Origin: a virus
Virus record (IMG/VR): IMGVR_UViG_3300049020_000031
Span: 77,501-141,500 of that record
Length of the DNA: 64,000 nt
Strand: one strand, 5' to 3'
Numbering within the stretch: the first letter of the stretch is position 1; each line of letters begins with the position of its first letter. Below, in pieces: positions 56,557 through 64,000 of this stretch. Made by a program: the position numbers and the translations under genes. The notes below the pieces were generated by a model that had not been told where the DNA came from, did not search any database, and saw nothing but the letters and a program-made list of their open reading frames with translations.

Positions 56557-57573
56557 TTACCTACGTATCAAACCAGCTTTATAACTTTCGCCCGGGAATA
56601 TGCTTAAGACTTGTCTGCGATTGGTGCCAGTTCTGTTGTAACTGAGGTGGAACCATGGTCGGTTACCCAGATACTCCAGAATGAACTGATCGTACATCAC
56701 ATTGTCACGAACCCATTTAGCTCGTTCCCACATCATGTCACTCAGTTTGTTACCACCACCCTGATCGGTAAATTGAACATCACATGCCTTTCCTTCCTCG
56801 TGCTGAGAACGGCCATTCTGTTGTGTTCTGAACCCACTAGTGAGAATCATCTTCCCTCTACCACCAACATGAGCAGCGAGTGGCTCCAAGGTATTGACAC
56901 AAAGAGCGCGCAAGTTGCAGATGATTTCATCTCTCTTTAAACCACGCTGAGCGACAACTTTGTTTCTGGAGATTGCAGTATTGGTAGACACATCGGACAA
57001 TTTGAAGCTGGGACTCAGCTGCATGGCTTCCTTTTGTGCCGCATACTCAGCTTCCACGTTTTCGCAACCCACTGGGGCTGGGGTCTTGGGAGGCGGCTCC
57101 TTGGGATCTTCCTCAACTACTGGTGGTTTTCCACCAACCAGTTTATCGTTTTTTCGTTGATCGGGTTCACTCAATGGCGTGGGTTTTGGATCTCGCAATA
57201 CATGCCCCAAGTAGTTCGTAGGCTCATCACGCAGCCCACCAAGGTCACGTTCGTTGTATTTGAATAACTGTGCATCCTGGCTCCAATAAACCGACAGTGG
57301 GGCTGGCGCTGGGTCATTACCCACGTACCGATCAGGACTACCGCTTATGATGATGGACCCGCAGTTTGATCTGTCACCAATACGAGCATCCTGGAATCCA
57401 TTTGATGAATGATGGGATGCACCGGCAATGATGGGATTGGTGCCATGGATAGGACATGACACTAGATCGCCGATTCGTGCATTCCCGAACCCGTTAGTCA
57501 GGGTGTCTGGACTACAAGTAATCACGAACCCACCGTGTGAAGTGGGGTCGCCCAATCTGGCTTTTGCTGGCAT
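56557..57573 (-). CDS. PAAR-repeat spike protein fused to peptidase M15 (Zn D-Ala-D-Ala peptidase-like) domain
   Basis: ARLGD.TSHGG, ARIGD.V.CP.HG, ARIGD...CG; C-terminal TSGFR...SQH..G.ACD, DQFILE, WFHLSY. Confidence 0.85.
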   Translation of the reverse strand: MPAKARLGDPTSHGGFVITCSPDTLTNGFGNARIGDLVSCPIHGTNPIIAGASHHSSNGFQDARIGDRSNCGSIIISGSPDRYVGNDPAPAPLSVYWSQDAQLFKYNERDLGGLRDEPTNYLGHVLRDPKPTPLSEPDQRKNDKLVGGKPPVVEEDPKEPPPKTPAPVGCENVEAEYAAQKEAMQLSPSFKLSDVSTNTAISRNKVVAQRGLKRDEIICNLRALCVNTLEPLAAHVGGRGKMILTSGFRTQQNGRSQHEEGKACDVQFTDQGGGNKLSDMMWERAKWVRDNVMYDQFILEYLGNRPWFHLSYNRTGTNRRQVLSIFPGESYKAGLIRR

Positions 57574-57884
57574 TACAGAGCGATACCAGTCGTGGATTGG
57601 ATGTATTGCTTGGCCGCGTCGTTACGCGCCTTGACCGGGGAAGTAACCATCTTGGATTCGTCGATAGTGATTTCGTTATCCAGATCAATACCCAACATGA
57701 ACGGAGCAAAGCTCACTTGTGCTTGACCGCCACCACTTGGAGTCAGAACCAGAATAACTGGTCGTGACACGGTTACTTTGGATCCTTCCGCGGATACAAA
57801 CTTGGCAATAATTTCTTCACCATTGATCAGCTTCACTGCAATGATATCACCCGCCGAAGGGGCGGAACTCAAATTCAACAACAT
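57573..57884 (-). CDS. Sm-like fold hypothetical phage protein
   Basis: GDIIAVKL.NGEEIIAK...P.........F.PF...QY.Q.TTGI. Confidence 0.65.
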   Translation of the reverse strand: MLLNLSSAPSAGDIIAVKLINGEEIIAKFVSAEGSKVTVSRPVILVLTPSGGGQAQVSFAPFMLGIDLDNEITIDESKMVTSPVKARNDAAKQYIQSTTGIAL

Positions 57885-57893
57885 ATTTTTCCT

Positions 57894-58364
57894 TTAGATT
57901 AAGCCTGCGGCTTTTAAGATGGCTTCCGCCTTTTTGTGTGATGCTGCACTGGGTAGACGAATAATATTACCCTTATCCATCGCTCTTTTAGCAATAGTGG
58001 CAGCTTTTGCTTGTTCTTCCAATTCAAGCTCACGACGTCGAATTTCATCGAGGTGCGCTGCAACTTCCTGCCTGAAGACGGTATGACAATCGTCTTCTGC
58101 CATATAACTTACTTCGATATTGGAAATCGCTTCACTTAGATCAGATCTATAGTGGGATTCGAAATTGGCATAAACCTTTGGATTTTTGATAATATCCTGG
58201 AGTTCAATTTGAAGTTTATGATTTGAAAACAATTCATCCTTCAAACAGTCGCAATATTCTTCGTATTGATCCCATGAAACTTCATGAGTGACCGAAAAGG
58301 TCACCCCCTTCAATTTCATAATTGCCAATTCTTCTTCAGTGATTAAAGTCTTTGATTTGGTCAT
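57894..58364 (-). CDS. Hypothetical protein
   Basis: AAGGA SD. Confidence 0.6.
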   Translation of the reverse strand: MTKSKTLITEEELAIMKLKGVTFSVTHEVSWDQYEEYCDCLKDELFSNHKLQIELQDIIKNPKVYANFESHYRSDLSEAISNIEVSYMAEDDCHTVFRQEVAAHLDEIRRRELELEEQAKAATIAKRAMDKGNIIRLPSAASHKKAEAILKAAGLI

Positions 58365-58414
58365 ATTGATTCCTTACCAGCCAATTTTAACCATAACTGG
58401 CAAGGAACTCAAAA

Positions 58415-59422
58415 TTAGAAATCCAGATCGGAATCAAAAGATACATCACCACCAATTCCAACCGCATATTCGGATACCGTGCGCTCGAAGAAGTTAGTCA
58501 GTGATTGCATGTCTTGCAATTCCATGAAAGAGAACGGATTCTGGGTATTGAACTTCTTACCCATACCCAATCTGGTGTAACGGATGTCAGCGATGAATTC
58601 CAAGTATTCACGCATTTGCTTCTTGTTGAAGCCTGGCATGCCTTTACTCAGTACGTCTTCTGCAAATTGTTCTTCACAATCAATAGCTTCGTTGATCATC
58701 TGTTCGATTTCATCTTCCAAACTAGCATCCCACAGATCAGGATATTCACTACGAATGGTATCAACCACATCGAAAGCAAAGTTCATGTGCAAGGATTCGT
58801 CACGGAACACCCAATTGGTGCCTGATGCCAAACCGTGCAGAAGTCCACGACTACGCAGATAGTAGACATACGCAAATGCTGCGAAGAAGAACATACCTTC
58901 AATAACTGCCGCGAACGCGATCAGGTTCAAGAGGAACTTTCTACGATCTTCGTTGGTACGGCATTCGTCCATGTCAACCACGGTATCAATCCACTTAAAG
59001 CAGAAGTCAGCCTTCTTCTTGATGCTTGGAATGTTGTTGATGGCATCAAACGCTTCAGCACGTTCTTGTGGGTCCTTGATGTATTCGTCAAGCAACGTCA
59101 GGTAGAACTGAACGTGTAGTTGTTCTTCAAACAACTGACGGCCGTAATACATTCTGGCTTCTGGAGAGTTGACATGCTTGTAAAGACTCAGAACCAGATT
59201 GTTACCCACGATGGTGTCGCCAGTGGCGAAGAACGCAACCAATCTGCTGATCAGATGTTGCTCCGCGGGGGTGATTTTATCTCTGAGATCAGCTACGTCG
59301 GTGTTGAAACTCACTTCTTGAACTGACCAATTGTTCTGTTGAGAATCCACAAACGCCTGAAAAAATTGTGGATATTTCATTGGTCTTAAAGTGAGGTGAA
59401 ACCCGGGATCCAAAATTGCCAT
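58415..59422 (-). CDS. nrdB: Ribonucleotide reductase class Ia beta subunit
   Basis: LRPMKYP, W...EV, FFATGD.IV, E.LH..FY, EGMFFF, RDESLH, NFFER.V.EY. Confidence 0.96.
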   Translation of the reverse strand: MAILDPGFHLTLRPMKYPQFFQAFVDSQQNNWSVQEVSFNTDVADLRDKITPAEQHLISRLVAFFATGDTIVGNNLVLSLYKHVNSPEARMYYGRQLFEEQLHVQFYLTLLDEYIKDPQERAEAFDAINNIPSIKKKADFCFKWIDTVVDMDECRTNEDRRKFLLNLIAFAAVIEGMFFFAAFAYVYYLRSRGLLHGLASGTNWVFRDESLHMNFAFDVVDTIRSEYPDLWDASLEDEIEQMINEAIDCEEQFAEDVLSKGMPGFNKKQMREYLEFIADIRYTRLGMGKKFNTQNPFSFMELQDMQSLTNFFERTVSEYAVGIGGDVSFDSDLDF

Positions 59423-59470
59423 TTAACTAACTCCTGTTCTTTTTGTTATTCAAGTATTCTAGGCTACGAT

Positions 59471-59495
59471 GCCCCGACAATCTATTTGTCGGGGC
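59471..59495. terminator. Hairpin between acb1-like gene and nrdB
   Basis: gccccgacaa-tctat-ttgtcggggc. Confidence 0.5.
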
Positions 59496-59511
59496 TGTCG
59501 TTCGCCGATAT

Positions 59512-59970
59512 TTAGTCGTCCGTGGAGTCCAATACTTCACTGTATTCACCCACTACATTGATATCAAAATCAATTGTGGGTAGATGATCGATCGTGAAGT
59601 CCGGTCCCACATCATAACTCAATGAGATATGTGGTTTGTATTCGTCATAGTCATATGAAGCTCCCAGTGCCATAGCTTCATTGAATCGAATCAAAAAGTA
59701 AGGACTGAAAAACTTCAAGACTAGAGTTCTCCCTGATGGAGTATCCCAGATTTCCAAGTGACAATTTGATGCTGGGATCAAAACGTCAATTGTGTGAATG
59801 GGTTCCATCTCAACTGGAGCTCTCGAATACACGATAGTGGTGTGTAGGCTAGATCTCGCCACCGAATTGGGAATCTTGTTCCCAATCAGATATTCTTCAA
59901 TGCGCTGCGTGGTCTCGTCGCTGAAGAAGGCTGCAAGGTACAACCCTTGTTGAGTTGTACTTTCGATCAT
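59512..59970 (-). CDS. acb1: 2H phosphoesterase, Acb1/T4 gp57B-like (anti-CBASS nuclease)
   Basis: GLY.A..FS..T, LHTTIVYSR and DY..YKPHISLSY (two HxT/S motifs). Confidence 0.8.
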   Translation of the reverse strand: MIESTTQQGLYLAAFFSDETTQRIEEYLIGNKIPNSVARSSLHTTIVYSRAPVEMEPIHTIDVLIPASNCHLEIWDTPSGRTLVLKFFSPYFLIRFNEAMALGASYDYDEYKPHISLSYDVGPDFTIDHLPTIDFDINVVGEYSEVLDSTDD

Positions 59971-61199
59971 TGGCAGCTTTCACAGACTTCTGGTTCTGGT
60001 GGATTAGCATCCAGTGTTGCCGAGCTGGTTGTGACTTTGTTGATCTTAGTCTTGGAACGACCACGCAGGTAGTAGGACGTCTTCAAGCCTTTCTCCCATG
60101 CCAACATATACATGGAACTCAGAACTGAGATTCGCTTCTCTTCTGGGAACTTGTTGAGATCCAGGAAGAAGTTCAGAGATTGGCTTTGATCGATATACGG
60201 ACCACGTGCGGCAGCATGTTCGATAACCTTCTTCTGTGAAATTTCCCAAACAGTCTTGTAGAGTTCGTAAAACTCAGCAGGCAGATCTGGAACTGTTTCC
60301 AGTGAACCTTCACTGGTGATAAGTTGATTCTGCGTCGTCGCATCCCAACGACCAATCTTCTTCAGATCAGCAACCAAGTATTTGTTGATGACGACAAATT
60401 CACCACTCAGTGTTTCTCTCTTGATCAGATTGCTCTTCTGCGCTTCGATGCATTCCTCAGCAGCCGTGATAGAAGCAATCGTGGCAGTTGGTGCAATGGC
60501 AATCAGCAAGCTGTTGCGCAGACCATACTTCTTGATGTCTTCCTTGAGTGCATCCCAACGAGCTACATCTTGAGGGACAACACCCGCGAGATCAAACTGC
60601 AGAAGACCCTTTGCCGCATGAGTGTATTCGAAGTCACGGTGAGCTCCGTTTTCTTTTGCCAACTCCATGCTGGTTTGTAGAGCTTGGAAGTAAATTTCTT
60701 CCTGAACTTGAGCTGACAAGGCAATCGCTGCATCGGACTCAAAAGGCAGACGCAATTGGAAAAACAGATCTTGCAGACCCATCAAACCCAGTCCGATTGG
60801 ACGCAGGCGATTGTTACTTGCCTTGGCTTCCTGAATCGGATAGAAGTTACGATCGATGACTCGATCCAAATACTTCACAGCCACTGCCACATTTCTGTGG
60901 AGCTTTGCCACATCCAGCTTGCCATTCTTCACATATCCGCGAGCAAGGTTGATAGACCCCAGGTTACAAACTGCGGTCTCACCACCGATGATTGCCTCGA
61001 ACATGTTCTTCTCAGTGTTGAAGGCAACGATGTTGATGCTGTGATCGATATAATCCTGAGGAGTCAATGCTGCCAATTGCTTTACGGTGAAGTATGCATA
61101 CTTGCCACCATGAGTGGGCTCCAGGATTTCAGTGCACAGATTGGAAAGGTGAACTACGTGATCGTGTGCTTCGATGTTGATGATTTTCTTAATTTTCAT
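59967..61199 (-). CDS. nrdA: Ribonucleotide reductase alpha subunit, C-terminal fragment
   Basis: HLSNLCTEI (catalytic N/C/E), ETAVCNLGSINL, RPIGLG, RNS...AIAPTA, IDQSQS.N, GLKTSYYLR, terminal CESCQ. Confidence 0.95.
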   Translation of the reverse strand: MKIKKIINIEAHDHVVHLSNLCTEILEPTHGGKYAYFTVKQLAALTPQDYIDHSINIVAFNTEKNMFEAIIGGETAVCNLGSINLARGYVKNGKLDVAKLHRNVAVAVKYLDRVIDRNFYPIQEAKASNNRLRPIGLGLMGLQDLFFQLRLPFESDAAIALSAQVQEEIYFQALQTSMELAKENGAHRDFEYTHAAKGLLQFDLAGVVPQDVARWDALKEDIKKYGLRNSLLIAIAPTATIASITAAEECIEAQKSNLIKRETLSGEFVVINKYLVADLKKIGRWDATTQNQLITSEGSLETVPDLPAEFYELYKTVWEISQKKVIEHAAARGPYIDQSQSLNFFLDLNKFPEEKRISVLSSMYMLAWEKGLKTSYYLRGRSKTKINKVTTSSATLDANPPEPEVCESCQ

Positions 61200-61216
61200 T
61201 TTCTTATTCTTTTCGT

Positions 61217-62593
61217 TTACAGGTCCAACAGATCATCATCTTGTGTCAGATCACGGATCGCAACCATACCACGTTGAGTATTCATCAAGACGTCACCATC
61301 CGTGAACACCATAGTCTTGTCGTTTTCCAGTGTGATATGGAACTTTTCGGGAACAGAAACTGCGCTGTTGCAACGCTTGTTACTCGCATCCTTCCAACAC
61401 ATCCAACCATTACCTGTCTCAGCCAATGTTCTCATCATACGGCCATAGATCTTGGCAGCTGGTGCTTGAACAGAGAACTTACCTTCTGCTTCCAGTTCCA
61501 AGTAGCGAGCGTTATAGGCATCACCAAACAGGTCGGTGAGTTCCGGGGCGATAGCTGGGTCGAACATGGACCATACGCCACCTTCTTTGACACGTTGCAT
61601 GAACAAGTCAGGAATCCAGTTAGCGATGTTCAGGTTGTAGGCTCGCTTTTCCTTTTCACCCACGTTGTCACGGAGTTCCAAGAAGTCCATGATATCTGGG
61701 TGGTGGGTCTCCAGATAAACACAGGCTGCACCCTTTCTCTTACCGCCTTGGTTAACGGCCGCAACGCTTCCGCTTAAAGTGTGCAACCAAGGAACGATAC
61801 CGTTCGACTTGCCATTAGTACCCTTGATCAACGAACCGGATGAACGGATTCTTGATGCAGACACGCCGATACCACCAGCAAACTTGGACATCAATGCGAT
61901 ATCCTGATAACGCTTGTAAATGTCCTTGAGGTCATCCATAGACGAATCCAGGAGATAGCACGAACTCATTTGGCTGTGATTGGTAGCAGAGTTGAACAAT
62001 GTTGGAGTTGACGTCATGTATTCCAATGAAGACACCAAATTGTAGAATTCAACCACGTCTTGCGCATTGTCAGCCAAACCCACAGCAACTCGCATCAGAA
62101 AATACTGAGGAGTTTCAATGACTGCACGGCTTGTGGGATGCTTCAACAGATATCGATCGTACAATGTACGGACGCCAAAGTATTCAAAATAGTCGTCACG
62201 TTCCGTCTTCACGGCTGCGTTCAGTTTCCGCTTGTTATCCATTACCAGCTTGTATGCTTCTGGGCTGATGAGGCCTTGATCGAAGCCAACTTGGATACTT
62301 TGGCTGAAGCTGTGAATTTCTTGGTTTGCCACTTCTTTGTTGATGAATTCAACTTGGAGACGAGCAGCACCACGGCTATAGACTGGATCTTCCTTGATAA
62401 AACCAACTGCGGTTTGGATGCTCAACAGAGACAATTCTCTGGTCGTAACGCCGTCATATAGACCACCGATTGTTTTGATTGCGATCTTTGTGGGATCAAA
62501 GTCAACCAAACCATCACAAACGCGAGTCACACTGTTGACGATTTTGTCTAGATTTACTGGCTCTAGACTACCATTGCTTTTCGTTACTTTCAT
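61217..62593 (-). CDS. nrdA: Ribonucleotide reductase alpha subunit, N-terminal fragment (with ATP cone)
   Basis: VTKSNG..E ATP cone, DRYLL, ETPQ...MRVA, TPTLFN, SSCYL, GGIG, NQGGKRKGA, ETG. Confidence 0.95.
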   Translation of the reverse strand: MKVTKSNGSLEPVNLDKIVNSVTRVCDGLVDFDPTKIAIKTIGGLYDGVTTRELSLLSIQTAVGFIKEDPVYSRGAARLQVEFINKEVANQEIHSFSQSIQVGFDQGLISPEAYKLVMDNKRKLNAAVKTERDDYFEYFGVRTLYDRYLLKHPTSRAVIETPQYFLMRVAVGLADNAQDVVEFYNLVSSLEYMTSTPTLFNSATNHSQMSSCYLLDSSMDDLKDIYKRYQDIALMSKFAGGIGVSASRIRSSGSLIKGTNGKSNGIVPWLHTLSGSVAAVNQGGKRKGAACVYLETHHPDIMDFLELRDNVGEKEKRAYNLNIANWIPDLFMQRVKEGGVWSMFDPAIAPELTDLFGDAYNARYLELEAEGKFSVQAPAAKIYGRMMRTLAETGNGWMCWKDASNKRCNSAVSVPEKFHITLENDKTMVFTDGDVLMNTQRGMVAIRDLTQDDDLLDL

Positions 62594-62622
62594 TTCTTCT
62601 TCTTGTTATTTTGGGTGAGTAT

Positions 62623-63075
62623 TTATGACACGAGTTCATAAGCACGACCATTCCACCTATACGCTTGCTGAGTTTCCACTTCGTCAGTTAGATCCTCAAC
62701 TCCAATCACTTCAGCGTAACTGTAATTTAGAACCTGATTGGCATCAATTATCAGAGTTAGAAACTCCTCACAATCAACCAGATTTTTTACCATAGTGAGC
62801 TTGAGCCTTTCTGGGGCCCAGCCCGACAATCTCAGAGTTGCTTCCATCCCAATAGCAATCGCATTCTTGCAATAGTCACCGTGATGCAACATTTCCCAAA
62901 CTGACGGCCATGTTTTCGGAGCGTCAGGATCAACTGTCCATTTTGCGAATGGACAGAGAGCCCAAAATTTGGCAACATTGTTCAATTGGGTTTCTTCATC
63001 CACCGTTGGAAGGCCGTCGCGAAACTGGCCCCAGGATTGGATCCTTTCAGGAGATGAGAGCATGAAGTGGTTCAT
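62623..63075 (-). CDS. Hypothetical phage protein
   Basis: R...W..FR, D...WP..WE.L....YC, VLNY. Confidence 0.7.
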   Translation of the reverse strand: MNHFMLSSPERIQSWGQFRDGLPTVDEETQLNNVAKFWALCPFAKWTVDPDAPKTWPSVWEMLHHGDYCKNAIAIGMEATLRLSGWAPERLKLTMVKNLVDCEEFLTLIIDANQVLNYSYAEVIGVEDLTDEVETQQAYRWNGRAYELVS

Positions 63076-63175
63076 ATATTTCCTAAGTGAAATCCGGGCA
63101 TACTCACACCGGAATGCATTTCAGTATTCTAAAAATGCGTGATATTTATGTCACTTTTTATGTTACCATTTCCAG

Positions 63176-63448
63176 ATGAGCTCACAAGTTACCATTCAAA
63201 TGTCTATCAACATTGGTTATCGATGTCTGCTAGATCTCATCAAGAAATATCCTGAATTCAATATCAGGTATAAGGAAACTATCAGTGAGACCCATGCCCC
63301 CGATGATCGTGGATACACGACCATGACTTGGAAGATGTATTTCACATTTCAGAATGAACACGATGCCGTTCAGTTCAAGCTGATGGAACCAGAAGCGTGC
63401 CTGGATGTGGTAGAGTTCCAACCAGGAGAACTCACTTGGAACTTGTGA
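63176..63448 (+). CDS. Hypothetical protein (C-terminal motif family)
   Basis: FTFQNEHDAVQFKLM. Confidence 0.65.
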   Translation: MSSQVTIQMSINIGYRCLLDLIKKYPEFNIRYKETISETHAPDDRGYTTMTWKMYFTFQNEHDAVQFKLMEPEACLDVVEFQPGELTWNL

Positions 63449-63777
63449 GTCGATGGAATAGAAAAGTTCGACATCTGGTGAGGAAGACGCAACCAGGGAT
63501 GGACGAATTTTGGTATCGTGAACATCTGCATCATGCTCTCTCTGTTTGGGGTATCAAACACGGTCCGATCAAGATACCACTCAAGAAGAAAGAAGTAGAC
63601 AAGACTATGGAGTGGGCTAAGGAATATTTGGAAGGAACCGGTGGGCACTCGGGCGGATATCACTATGGTCTTTCTTTTGATGGCAATGAATATCACTTGT
63701 GGGTAATCACTGAAACCAGCCACCTAAGGACTGGGTTTTCGCAGTCTTACATTCTCTATGAGATGGTACTAGAATAG
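63445..63777 (+). CDS. Hypothetical protein
   Basis: Probable GTG start overlapping the previous TGA. Confidence 0.55.
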   Translation: MSRWNRKVRHLVRKTQPGMDEFWYREHLHHALSVWGIKHGPIKIPLKKKEVDKTMEWAKEYLEGTGGHSGGYHYGLSFDGNEYHLWVITETSHLRTGFSQSYILYEMVLE

Positions 63778-63783
63778 ACCGCA

Positions 63784-64000
63784 ATGACCCATCTTATAAA
63801 GATAACGACCCAATTATCACTGGATGTTGCGGCAGAAGCAATTCGTGACGTCTTTCTCAAATTGCGTGAGTCTGGGGTGTCTATGTCAGCCACTCTCCAA
63901 ATCTACGGTATAGAAGACACTCCTGATATCAAGTGTATTTTTGACGATGATCAATCAGAGGTAATTTTTCGAATACTTTATGGTGAAACCACAATAGAGA
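63784..64000 (+). CDS. Hypothetical protein (C-terminal motif family), 3' end outside window
   Basis: Manual translation MTHLIKIT...CIFDDDQSEVIFRILYG. Confidence 0.55.
   Translation, partial: MTHLIKITTQLSLDVAAEAIRDVFLKLRESGVSMSATLQIYGIEDTPDIKCIFDDDQSEVIFRILYGETTIE

Noticed and set aside
61200-61219. Stop readthrough or simple frameshift error joining the nrdA halves
   Set aside because: The halves are in different frames, the stop is TAA, and both carry extra non-RNR sequence at the junction, consistent with a real split.
61158-61375. Functional trans-splicing split intein in nrdA
   Set aside because: No block A, block-B His or block F, and no C/S/T after the Asn. The HLSN sequence is the native RNR motif.
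1-64000. Genome-wide TAG reassignment (genetic code 15)
   Set aside because: Core genes are intact under code 11 and many genes end in TAG. Only pth2 shows an internal TAG.

Overview
64 kb of a large, jumbo-type, T4-like tailed phage genome, probably infecting a proteobacterium. It has dense, mostly minus-strand genes, sigma70-like early promoters and TAAATA-type late promoter motifs. Recognisable genes include a two-subunit type II topoisomerase, class Ia ribonucleotide reductase (nrdA in two pieces plus nrdB), ClpX, IF3, Hsp20, agmatinase, BI-1/YccA, RtcB, Thg1, an AlkB-like oxygenase, Pth2, a DksA/TraR zinc finger, an Acb1-like 2H phosphoesterase, a gp23-like capsid paralogue, a PAAR-peptidase M15 fusion and an MTAP-like/SGNH fusion. 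About half of the ORFs are small hypotheticals, and many share a C-terminal motif. Three stand-out observations: (1) a CUA-anticodon (amber suppressor) tRNA, together with a peptidyl-tRNA hydrolase gene whose only good start lies upstream of an in-frame TAG at codon 5, suggesting a readthrough-gated rescue gene in an otherwise standard-code genome; (2) nrdA split into two genes joined by the remnants of a catalytically dead split intein, which may act as a non-splicing clasp; (3) a circularly permuted two-piece tmRNA (tag ANDNSYNQAIAA) whose 118-nt intervening segment carries two T-loop hairpins. All assignments come from motif recognition by eye; no database searches were run.
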